Part shown: positions 9,131-17,640 of the stretch, piece by piece | Layout of the letters: every line of letters starts with the position of its first letter | Numbering within the stretch: the stretch's first letter is position 1 | Assembly: GCA_045862955.1 (NCBI GenBank) | Contig: BTVI01000048.1 | Location: forward strand, 1 to 21,319 | Origin: Fimbriimonadales bacterium | Lineage (GTDB): Bacteria; Armatimonadota; Fimbriimonadia; Fimbriimonadales; JABRVX01 | Direction of reading: 5' to 3' | Length of the DNA stretch: 21,319 bases | Program-made: the position numbers and the translations under genes | Notes under the pieces: model-generated | What the model saw: only the letters and a program-made list of their open reading frames with translations | Told to the model about the DNA's origin: nothing | Database searches by the model: none

Positions 9131-10623
9131 CTACTTCCCCCAACGGGCGATTACGTACCCGTCGGAGGTAGTGAACACGACGGCGCCATCGTAGTCAATC
9201 GCTAGGTCTTGGCGCGGAATGGTCTTGCCCAGGTTGATGGGGAATCCGTAGGGGATCGTGCTCCCGGCGGGCTCCATAACGTAGTACTTGCCGTTCGTGG
9301 TGATCACGTACAGCCAGTTGGTCTCGCCGTTCTTCCGCCAGATCGCGGGGGTGGAAGTGATCTCGTCAGCGTCCGCACCCATCTTCAGGCGGACATACCC
9401 CTGGGCCTTGCTCTCGCCGGGGTTCAAGTCGAGTACACGCACCAAGGTCGGCTTGCCGTTGCCAGACGCGGTGTCCAGCGTGCCTTGGTACAAGTTGGCG
9501 TTGTCGGCCGTGTCGTTGCACATGTTCGCAACCAGCTTGCCGATGTCGTGGTTCTGGGGCGGGAATGCCATGGCGTCGCGCATCTGATCCACGCGCCCGT
9601 TCGGGTTGTCCTCCCACCGGTTGTTGGAGTCTGGATCGACCGAGTAGATACGGCCCTTGTAGTTGCTGGCGTTGTACGTCGCAAAGTACACACGTGTGGC
9701 GCTCGCGAGCATCGCCCAGCTCTTGCACTCTTGGGTCTCCGATTCGTCGCGCCAGCGCCAGTGTCTGACCTTCGAGCTACCCGTGTCCTCCCACAGCTCC
9801 AGCCATGCGTTCTCGGTGGTGACGTACAAGTACGCCTCCTCTTCGCTCTGCGGTCCCGGCTCGGAGAGACTGAAGGCCACCGCAGGCGTGCTCACGACAG
9901 GCCCGCTCGTCTCGGCATCCCACTTGTACGATTGGTTTGCCGGGGTCCCCGAGTAGTACCTGTAGAACCCGTAGACATGGCCCGCGGAGGAGCCAACGTA
10001 GATGCTGGCGCCACCGTGAGCCGGAGCCGTGAGCAACTCGCCCTCGCTCGTTAAGTCTGCAGACCGCCATTTCGGTTGCCAGTCCACGCGTCTATGCAGT
10101 GGACTCGCCCAGAGGCGTCGCTAACGTAGACGGCGCGCGCGGGTGTGTTTCCAGTGGTGGCGAGAAGAGGGGTCCCGATGGGGGCCCCGTCGCAGGTGTA
10201 CGTCCACACGGGGTCGTCGTCCACCGTGAACACCATTGGTGCGGCGATGCCGCCCGAGTTCACGCGGTAGCAGTAGACCTTGCCGTCGTTGGCGCCTACG
10301 AAGATCTTGTAGCCGTAGGGATCATCCGGCTCGGAACCGTGGTTCGGCTCCTGCCGCTCCTCGCTCAAGAACAAGCCGATGGACACGCCGCCCGTTGCGA
10401 CGGCACCGTTAGGGAGCGCCTTGCTCCACTTCTGCGTGCCGGCGACGTAGTTGTCGTACGGACCAGTACCCTCGGACAGCCTTACGAGCCCCTGCGGGTA
10501 GTAGCCGGAGTGAGAATAGTCCTTGCCGCCCATGGGCCATAGTCCCCAAAGGTCGGCGCTAACGGGGGTCAGGAGGAGGGTTGCCCCCCATAGGGAAAGC
10601 AAGGCCGCAATCCGAGATTGCAT
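9131..10623 (-). pseudogene. Secreted PQQ-like/BamB-type beta-propeller protein split by a 1-nt frameshift near 10079 (pseudogene or sequence error)
   Basis: ORF 10051-10623 has a signal peptide, WPMGGKDYSHSG, IFVGANDGKVYC and VYVSDASGRVHCIDAWTG. It continues in the -1 frame as QPKWRS...IYVGSSAGHVYG...VVFTTSDGYVIARW. Adding one base gives a 497-aa ORF. SD AAGGTGA precedes ATG 10623. Confidence 0.8.
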
Positions 10624-10713
10624 TTCTGTCAATCACCTTCCAGTTAGGGATGGTCGGTCCGGCCCGGCGACCGCGGGGCCCTAAGTCAGACCGTCAACGA
10701 TACGGACGGCCTT

Positions 10714-10742
10714 ATGATACAGCAAAGTTCGTTGATCTGCAA
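10714..10742 (-). promoter_or_regulatory. Putative sigma70 promoter for the PQQ-like / PEP-CTERM genes
   Basis: Minus strand TTGCAG-N17-TATCAT. Confidence 0.5.
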
Positions 10743-10786
10743 CCTAGTGCCCGACCTTGCTCCATGAGCACGAATTGCCAGCGCAG

Positions 10787-11695
10787 CTATACCATTCTCA
10801 GGTCGGCCACTTGCCGTGCACAGTGGTGGCGACTTGCGGCTCCGGGCATCTTTCGGAGTGCCGGTACACGTCGGTCCACGTACAGCCCTTCGCTGACCTC
10901 GATGGCAAGACCCAGCTCCGAAGCGAGGCGCTCCATCGTCCGTCCGACCTCTCCGCCACGCAGCGACGTCGAGTCCGGACCGCGCTGTCGGAGGTAGGCC
11001 CGCCGCCGTTGCTCGTAGTCGGATGGCAGCCACGGAACATGGCGCAGCGGCATGGCCAGCACCGGCACGTCCAGCTTCGCGAACTCTGTGAGCATCGCTC
11101 TCATCGCGCGCTCGGTGTCGGTCACTCCGGGCAGCACGGGCGCCCAGAAGATGCTCACGCGGATGCCCGCGTCCCGCAGCCTTCGCACGCACTCCAGCCT
11201 GCCGGCTGGGGCAGGTGCGTTCGGCTCGAAGGCGCGGCGCACCGCATCATCCACGAACGGGATGGACACGTTCACGCGCACGTTCGCCAACCGCAGGAGC
11301 ACGTCCACGTCGCGCAGCACCAGCGGCGAGCGAGTGGTGATGGAAACCGGATTGTCGTAGAAGCAGAGCTGTTCGAGAAGCGAGCGAGTGATACGGTGGG
11401 TGCGCTCCGCGGGCTGATACGGGTCCGTGGCAGTGCCGATGGCGATCCGCTCTTTGGGCTTCACCGTTCGCATCTGACGTCTCAGGGTCTCGGCGGCGTT
11501 CTCCTTGACCTCCACGTATTCGCCCCAGGGCGCGGGCAGCGCCACTCCGAGACGAGCCTTCATTGCGGGCACGAAGCAGTAGGAGCAGCCGAACGCGCAC
11601 CCGCCGTATGGGTTCAGTGTCCAATCGGCGAAGTCCATCGGGCAACGGTTGAGTATGGTGCCGCATCGGATGACCTCGAGTGCAGGCGACCTCAT
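10787..11695 (-). CDS. Radical SAM protein, SplB-like / Rv2578c-like DNA-repair family
   Basis: LNPYGGCAFGCSYCF (CxxxCxxC), VEVKENA, GTATDPYQPAE, SITTRSPLVLRDVDVL, FEPNAP, APVLPGVTD. Confidence 0.9.
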   Translation of the reverse strand: MRSPALEVIRCGTILNRCPMDFADWTLNPYGGCAFGCSYCFVPAMKARLGVALPAPWGEYVEVKENAAETLRRQMRTVKPKERIAIGTATDPYQPAERTHRITRSLLEQLCFYDNPVSITTRSPLVLRDVDVLLRLANVRVNVSIPFVDDAVRRAFEPNAPAPAGRLECVRRLRDAGIRVSIFWAPVLPGVTDTERAMRAMLTEFAKLDVPVLAMPLRHVPWLPSDYEQRRRAYLRQRGPDSTSLRGGEVGRTMERLASELGLAIEVSEGLYVDRRVPALRKMPGAASRHHCARQVADLRMV

Positions 11696-11701
11696 GGAGA
11701 C

Positions 11702-11731
11702 ACGATAGCACAGAATGCAGACGTTTGTCTA
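11702..11731 (-). promoter_or_regulatory. Putative promoter of the radical SAM gene (likely leaderless), with a palindrome over the -35
   Basis: Minus strand TAGACA-N18-TATCGT (TG upstream of the -10), 6 nt before the ATG, no SD; AGAC-N4-GTCT palindrome at 11719-11730. Confidence 0.45.
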
Positions 11732-11763
11732 CTTATGAGTTTTCGGCCTGTCCCCTCTTGTCT

Positions 11764-13196
11764 TGCCTCGCTCCGGCCGGCATTGGCTGGCCGAGGGCGA
11801 TCTCTGCGGTTCTCTTTGCGACCTTAGCGTGGCAATCCGGGCCGGCGGGCGCACGCCCCGGCGCGGTCCTTGGCTGTGCGGTATGCGGCGGGTTGGTGCA
11901 GCGCGGCGGACGCGGGCCCCGGCATGGAGTGCGCGGCGGCGAGGTCATGCTTCGACAGGCTCAGCATGACGGAGCTCAGCAGGACGGTATTGGTTGCGAC
12001 CGGTGGAAGGCTTCCGATGACATCGTTCGTGCTCCACACCTCGGAATGCCAACACCTAACACCCGTACCCGTCTAGCCTTTCCCGCCGCAGCCCTACCCG
12101 TCACACCTCTGCCCGCCAGGCCCCTACCCGCCACACCCTACCCGCCACGCTCCTACTCGTCATGCTGAGCCTGTCGAAGCATGCAAACGCAAGCCGCAAG
12201 CGTTGCATCGAAAGACGCCACCATGCCGACGGCGAGGGCGCACCGAACCGGCGGACGCGGGCCGGGGCATGGAGTGCGCGGCGACGAGGTCATGCTTCGA
12301 CAGGCTCAGCATGACGAAGCTCAGCAGGACGGTATTAGTTGCGACCGCTGGAAGGCTTCCGATGACATCGTTCGGGCTCGACACCTCGGAATGCCAACAC
12401 CTAACACCCCCTACCCGTCTAGCCTTTCCCGCCGCAGCCCTACCCGTCACACCTCTGCCCGCCAGGCCCCTACCCGCCACACCCTACGCGCCACACTCCT
12501 ACTCGTCATGCTGAGCCTGTCGAAGCATGCAAACGCAAGCCGCAAGCGTTGCATCGGAGGCCGCCACCATGCCGACGGCGAGGGCGCACCGAACCGGCGG
12601 ACGCGGGGCGGGGCATGGAGTCCGCGGCGACGAGGTCATGCTTCGACAGGCTCAGCATGACGAAGCTCAGCACGACGGGATTGGTTGCGACCGCGGGAAG
12701 GCTTCCGATGACATCGTTCGTGCTCCACACCCCGGAATGCCAACACCTAACATCCCTACCGGTCTAGCTTTTCCCGCCGCAGCCCTACCCGTCACACCTC
12801 TGCCGGCCAGGCCCCTACCCGCCAGACCCTGCCCGTCACACCCCTATCCGTCATGCTGAGCCTGTCGAAGCATGCAACCACAAGCCGCAGGCGCTGCATC
12901 GAAAGACGCCACCATGCCGACGGCGAGGGCGCACCGACTCGGGTGTCCCGGTTCAGAGCCCCGGCGCGGTCCTTGGCTCTGAGGCATGCGACGGGTGAGT
13001 GCAAGGCGGCGGACGCGGGCCGCGGCATGGAGATGCCTCGTTCCGGCCGGGATTGGCTGGCCGAGTGCGATCTCTGCGGTTCTCTTTGCGATCTTCGCGT
13101 GGCAATCCGGGCCGGCGGGCGCACGCCCCGGCGCGGTCCTTGGCTGTGCGGTATGCGGCGGGTTGGTGCAGCGCGGCGGACGCGGGGCTAGGGCAT
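11764..13196. repeat. Composite non-coding repeat array (BIME/REPIN-like mosaic) bounded by ~155-bp direct repeats
   Basis: 11764-11916 and 13034-13186 are near-identical direct repeats (offset 1270, about 5 mismatches by eye); a partial third copy lies at ~12958-13032; three tandem 345-346-bp units lie inside. Confidence 0.95.
11904..12937. repeat. Three tandem 345/346-bp units, each containing an inverted pair of CGTC-tagged REP-like palindromes
   Basis: Units start at 11904, 12249 and 12595. catgcttcgacaggctcagcatgacg occurs at 11946, 12291, 12637 and its exact reverse complement cgtcatgctgagcctgtcgaagcatg at 12158, 12504, 12849. Confidence 0.95.
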
Positions 13197-13237
13197 AGTG
13201 GCTCCTGTGCAGGGATTGCAGGAGGCGGGTGAGGCAC

Positions 13238-13744
13238 CTATCTCCCGCGGGGCCTGCGCCTCTCTTTCAACGGCACGCCTTTGTCGTCCGTGGCGATCAC
13301 CTTGCCATCGGCCTGCAGGACGATGTGAATCTTCTCGCCGGCAATATTGTGCAGGTCGCACCTGACGACCACCGAGTTCGCCTGTGTCCCGGCAGCGGGC
13401 GGAGTGTACGTGTAAGAAACATCGCGTCGAACCGCCGAGTCGGCGGGGCACTTGAGCACCGACTTGTCCGCGAGGTAACTCGGGACTAGCTCCTCGAGCG
13501 TCCGTGGATACTGTCCCCCATGATCTCCGCGATACCGTTGGAGCGCCGTGCTCACGCTTTGGAGGTTCTCCGTGCAGGTAGTCATGTTATATGCCAGCTG
13601 CATCCCTTGCTCGACGAGTGGCTTCATGAATATCGCGAACACGATGCATGCCAATAGGATCGCTCCGCAACCGATGCCGACTATCCAGGGCCATGGACTA
13701 CTGCCCCGCTGCGCGCCGCACCACAGGCCTTTCCGACTGCTCAT
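13238..13744 (-). CDS. Membrane-anchored pseudopilin/GspG-like (DUF1559-related) protein without canonical prepilin motif
   Basis: Single N-terminal TM; CTENLQSVSTALQRYRGDHGGQYPRTLEELVPSYL..LKCPAD; C-terminal VLQADGKV; 3 nt downstream of the M42 peptidase stop. Confidence 0.7.
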   Translation of the reverse strand: MSSRKGLWCGAQRGSSPWPWIVGIGCGAILLACIVFAIFMKPLVEQGMQLAYNMTTCTENLQSVSTALQRYRGDHGGQYPRTLEELVPSYLADKSVLKCPADSAVRRDVSYTYTPPAAGTQANSVVVRCDLHNIAGEKIHIVLQADGKVIATDDKGVPLKERRRPRGR

Positions 13745-13747
13745 TTC

Positions 13748-14818
13748 TTACCTGCCCGGAGTGAAGTCGGTGGAGGGCTCCACAGCCAGGCAGAAGGCCG
13801 ACATCAGCTTCGCGCAGTTCTCCACGTCCTTCAGGTTCAGCACCTCGCACGGCGTGTGCATGTAGCGGATCGGGACCGAGATCAGGGCGACTGCCATCCC
13901 AGCCCGGCTCACCTGCATGGCGTTGGCGTCGGTGCCGGTCCCACCGCCCGCGACTTCGATCTGGTACGGGATGTTCCCCGCCTCTGCCGCCTCGAGTAGC
14001 ATGGAAACGACCTTCGGGTTGTTGTTCGCCCCTCTACAGATCGCCGGCCCCTTTCCCAGCGAGAGCTCGCCGACCTTCTTCTTGTCCACGGTCGGGTAGT
14101 CGGTGGCATGGCCCACGTCCACACACAGCCCTACATCGGCGTTGGTACCGTAGGCGCTGGTTTTCGCGCCGCGGAGGCCGATTTCTTCTTGCACGGTCGC
14201 CACGGCACACACCGCCACCTTCGGCTTCTTGCGCGAGGTGGCGACCAGCCGAAGCGCTTCGGCTACGATGAACGCTCCCATCTTGTTGTCGAAGCCCCTC
14301 GCCGTAGCGACGTCACCCTGCAGCGGGGCGAACTCGGCCTGATACGTGATGCAGTCGCCGATGGACACCAGTTTCTGCGCCTGAGCTTTCTTGCTGACAC
14401 CGATATCCACCCAGAGGTCACTCAGGTCTGGCGCTTTCTTCCGCTCGTCGGGTTCGATCAGGTGAATCGCCTTTCGGCCGAGCACTCCGGGCACTCGGCC
14501 CTTTGCGGTGTGCACCCATACGCGCTGCCCCACGGCGACGGTTGCGTCGTGCCCCCCTATCCGGTCGAAGTAAAGCATCCCGTCGTCCGAGATGTAACGG
14601 ACGATGAAGCCGATCTCGTCCATGTGGCCCGCGAGCATCACCTTTCGCGGAGCGTCGGGGTTGACCCAGGCGAGAACGTTGCCCATCACGTCGGTTTCCA
14701 CCGCATGAGCGAACTGCGAGGTGTAGTCGCGATACACTCGCGCCGCAGGCTCTTCGAAGCCGGAGGGGGATGGGGCGTTGACGATGCTCTTGAAAAAGTC
14801 GAGGGATTCCGCTCGCAT
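13748..14818 (-). CDS. M42 family metallo-aminopeptidase (TET/FrvX/YsdC-like)
   Basis: PSPSGFE, AGHMDEIG, FDNKMG, QEEIGLRGA, DVGHA, GTDA, RYMHTP; start ATG 14818 with SD AAAGGTG. Confidence 0.95.
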   Translation of the reverse strand: MRAESLDFFKSIVNAPSPSGFEEPAARVYRDYTSQFAHAVETDVMGNVLAWVNPDAPRKVMLAGHMDEIGFIVRYISDDGMLYFDRIGGHDATVAVGQRVWVHTAKGRVPGVLGRKAIHLIEPDERKKAPDLSDLWVDIGVSKKAQAQKLVSIGDCITYQAEFAPLQGDVATARGFDNKMGAFIVAEALRLVATSRKKPKVAVCAVATVQEEIGLRGAKTSAYGTNADVGLCVDVGHATDYPTVDKKKVGELSLGKGPAICRGANNNPKVVSMLLEAAEAGNIPYQIEVAGGGTGTDANAMQVSRAGMAVALISVPIRYMHTPCEVLNLKDVENCAKLMSAFCLAVEPSTDFTPGR

Positions 14819-14958
14819 TTGTTGCACCTTTCACAATGAAGCGTTCTAGCAGGTATACCCGAATCGGAGTGTGGACCGACCGGCAAGGCGGACGCGCTTC
14901 TCGCCAGGTAGATTTGGCGTATTTCGTGGTTTGCCGTGCAAATCGCCTGCCAGGTGGA

Positions 14959-14987
14959 TTGACAGGAGTCGGTACAAGGGTTACACT
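14959..14987 (+). promoter_or_regulatory. Near-consensus sigma70 promoter for the Ig-domain protein
   Basis: TTGACA-N17-TACACT. Confidence 0.7.
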
Positions 14988-15066
14988 ACCCGGTAGAAGC
15001 ATTGGTTTTGTTAGATTATCCGGCGCCCTCCTGCGTCGGTGCGTTAGTAGGAAGGAGTGTCCCTCG

Positions 15067-16758
15067 ATGATCCTGGGTCGCTTGAGTATCGTTGCCACCG
15101 CCCTCTTGCTGGTCGTGGCGGCTAAGGCGCAGCCCTATGTCGCGATCTTCACCAGTCCGCCCGACGGCTCGTGCGCGCGTCTCTTCGCTCAGATCACCTT
15201 CAGCGTGGACGGGCCGCTGCCACTGCACGTAAGGGTGCAGGACGACCTAGGGCACACGCTTTTCAACGAGACGTACTTCGGCACGCCACCGCCGATCATC
15301 TCGATCGGTTACGACCCCCTGGCGCTGGGAGTACCGGACGGTCCTCACATTCTGACACTGGATGTTTGGGGTGACGAGGGCTCGGCACAAGACACGCTGC
15401 TGCTGAACGTGGATAACACGCCGCCGACACCGACGATCCAGTACCCAGCCGATGGCCAGTGCGTTAACGGCGTGGTCACCATTCGTGGCTCCGTCCAGGA
15501 CAACTTCTCGGGCCCCGGAGCTTGGCGGCTGCAGATTGACGGCGTTCAGGTGGCCGCGGGCGACGGAGCAGATGTCCGGTACGACTGGAGCACTGCGGGA
15601 TTGCCAGACGACTCGCTCCACACGATTCGCCTGGTTGCCTCTGACTTGTGCGGCAACGCGTCGCAGACGCCGGTCGCAACGGTACGAGTGAACAACAGCG
15701 CGCCTAGCTTGACGGACATCGTTCCGAGCCAGGGCGCCGTCGTCAAGGGGATCGTGACGATCTCTGCACTCGTATCTGGCGGGCAGACAACGGAATGGTC
15801 GGTCATGGTGGACGGCTCCATCGTCGGGCTGGACCCGCCGAACGGCGTAGGCTCGGCCATCTCGTCGCTGTGGGATACCACCAAGTACACCGATGGCGAG
15901 CACTCCCTCGGCCTCACCATCTCGGACGGATGCGGCAACACGGCCACGACCTTCGTTCTCGTAGTGGTCTCAAACGGCCCGACCGGTGGGGACGGCAACT
16001 GCAGACCACTGAAGAATCTGATCGTAGAGAAGCCTCCTGTGGGCCTTGGGCTCACACGCGCACGCCTCTTCCGGCCGCAGATCATCAACGTCGACGGGTT
16101 CACCGTCCGCGACGTGCTCGAAGCGAACAACGTGGAGATCACCGCGAACACCCTCGTGCAGCGGGTGTGCGTTTCGAAGGAGACACCGCTGTACAAGTGC
16201 GGGGCCTTCTTGTTCGGACCGGGGAGCGGGCTGAACACCAACTTCAACTCGGGCTGGGTGTACGCGAACTCCCAGTACCTGGACCGCTCCGTGGTGGACA
16301 TCGCATTCGCTGCTCAGGGCGGAAAGCTAGGCAACCGCGCGCTGCTGTTCTCGCCCCCTGGCACGACGTATCGCCTCAAGGTCACCTATGTGACTCGGCT
16401 CGAGAACGGCCGCATCTCGCCTCCTGAAACCGTGGAGCTGTGCTGGACGGTGGTAATCGAGGATCGCGACGACCTCCGTGACAATGTCGAGTACTTCTCG
16501 ACGGTGGCCGCGGGGGCCACGCAGAAGCCGAAGATCGCGGGCGACGTTGCGCAGGCTCTATACGAAGCCATCGCCGTGGACGATCCGCTCGAGGCGCTGG
16601 TCCAAATCGAGACGGTAATCGCTCTCTCCGCCACCGACTTCAGCACGCTTCGCGACCGGCCGCACGTGCTCTTCCTGTCCAGCTACCTGATCGACAGTGA
16701 TGAGGAGCCGATCGGCTGCCTGCTCATCGAACAGGCGAACGCCCTTCTCTGGCGGTAG
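15067..16758 (+). CDS. Secreted protein with three tandem bacterial Ig-like domains and an unrecognised C-terminal region
   Basis: Signal peptide MILGRLSIVATALLLVVAAKA|Q (start reassigned to 15067, SD AGGAAGGAG); repeats PxDG...(W/Y)Dxxx(P/T)DGxHxLxLxxxD..GN...VxN. Confidence 0.85.
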   Translation: MILGRLSIVATALLLVVAAKAQPYVAIFTSPPDGSCARLFAQITFSVDGPLPLHVRVQDDLGHTLFNETYFGTPPPIISIGYDPLALGVPDGPHILTLDVWGDEGSAQDTLLLNVDNTPPTPTIQYPADGQCVNGVVTIRGSVQDNFSGPGAWRLQIDGVQVAAGDGADVRYDWSTAGLPDDSLHTIRLVASDLCGNASQTPVATVRVNNSAPSLTDIVPSQGAVVKGIVTISALVSGGQTTEWSVMVDGSIVGLDPPNGVGSAISSLWDTTKYTDGEHSLGLTISDGCGNTATTFVLVVVSNGPTGGDGNCRPLKNLIVEKPPVGLGLTRARLFRPQIINVDGFTVRDVLEANNVEITANTLVQRVCVSKETPLYKCGAFLFGPGSGLNTNFNSGWVYANSQYLDRSVVDIAFAAQGGKLGNRALLFSPPGTTYRLKVTYVTRLENGRISPPETVELCWTVVIEDRDDLRDNVEYFSTVAAGATQKPKIAGDVAQALYEAIAVDDPLEALVQIETVIALSATDFSTLRDRPHVLFLSSYLIDSDEEPIGCLLIEQANALLWR

Positions 16759-16782
16759 CGATCTGCCGGGCTGTGGTTGGAC

Positions 16783-16806
16783 CGGGGGCGCCGCAAGGCG
16801 CCCCCG
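16783..16806 (+). terminator. GC-rich hairpin with GNRA loop after the Ig-protein gene (terminator or RNA-stabilising)
   Basis: cgggggcgcc-gcaa-ggcgcccccg, a perfect 10-bp stem; no U-tract. Confidence 0.5.
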
Positions 16807-16969
16807 AACTGCGCCCGAGCGCAAGCCGAAACGCACGTTCGAGGCCGCTCATTCGTCAGAATAAGGGGGCAACGGCTCACGAGTTCCGAGACTCGAACTA
16901 CGGGCCGCAAAGGTGGCCTGACGCAGCGTGCTGGGCTCAGCGTCCAGAATGCTAGAGGGGCGAATATTG

Positions 16970-16999
16970 TGATAACCGACGGCGGGACCCAACCGTCTA
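16970..16999 (+). promoter_or_regulatory. Candidate autoregulatory ECF promoter
   Basis: TGATAAC-N17-CGTCTA, matching the generic ECF AAC / CGT pattern, 23 nt upstream of the sigma ATG. Confidence 0.4.
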
Positions 17000-17022
17000 C
17001 CCCATCGGGAAGCGACGAGACG

Positions 17023-17640
17023 ATGGAAGGACGAGCTGCGGCACTGACCCAAGCGATCGGCGGGGGCAGTTGGGATGCAACCGACCTCGAACTGGTAATT
17101 CGGGCGAGGAGCGGGGATCTCCCGGCTTTCGCCATGCTATTCGAACGGTACCGGAAGATGGTGTTTCGGTTCGTGTCGCACCTTGCGTCGGGCCGCGACG
17201 ATGCCGAAGACATCACTCAGGAATGTTTCGTCCGCGCATTCGAGAACCTGCATCGCTTCCGAGACGAGTGCCGCTTCACCACTTGGCTGCTCCGAATCGC
17301 CGTCAACTTGTGTACGGACCGTGCAAGGATGCGCTCGCGGCGCACTGCCCTCGAGGACCAAGAGGCCGCAGGGGCGTTGCTCTGGATGACCACGGGCGAG
17401 AACAGCGACCCTGTCGCGAACATCGTGGCAGAGCGTCGTGCGGACGCGGTTCGACGGGCCCTGAACGCCTTGCCGGAGCACCACAAGCTAATGATCGTGC
17501 TGCGGGACGTGGAGCAGAAAGACTACGACGAGATCACGCAGATACTCGGGTGCACGTACGGCGGCGCCAAGCTGAGAGTGCTGCGCGCCAGACGAGCACT
17601 GCGAGATAGGCTGCAGCCGCTGTTGGAGGTATTGGAATGA
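17023..17640 (+). CDS. ECF (sigma-24/RpoE-type) RNA polymerase sigma factor
   Basis: GDLPAFAMLFERY, DAEDITQECFVRAF, FTTWLLRIAVN, ALNALPEHHKLMIVLRD, region 4 HTH; start reassigned to ATG 17023. Confidence 0.95.
   Translation: MEGRAAALTQAIGGGSWDATDLELVIRARSGDLPAFAMLFERYRKMVFRFVSHLASGRDDAEDITQECFVRAFENLHRFRDECRFTTWLLRIAVNLCTDRARMRSRRTALEDQEAAGALLWMTTGENSDPVANIVAERRADAVRRALNALPEHHKLMIVLRDVEQKDYDEITQILGCTYGGAKLRVLRARRALRDRLQPLLEVLE

Noticed and set aside
10065..10085. Programmed -1 ribosomal frameshift in the PQQ-like gene
   Set aside because: C CGA AAT is not a canonical slippery heptamer and no clear stimulatory element is seen; an indel is more parsimonious.
11904..12937. CRISPR array interpretation of the recurring 26-27-bp palindromic repeats
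   Set aside because: The repeats alternate in orientation, the intervening segments are over 100 bp and near-identical between units, and there are no cas genes.
7526..13196. Integron cassette array with R or the REP as attC sites
   Set aside because: No RYYYAAC...GTTRRRY ends, no integrase, and the modules carry no ORFs.
11680..13237. Many short ORFs in the repeat array (e.g. MLRQAQHD..., MLSLSKH...)
   Set aside because: These are translations of REP sequence; the 345/346-bp period shifts frame between units, and there are no SD or domain signatures.
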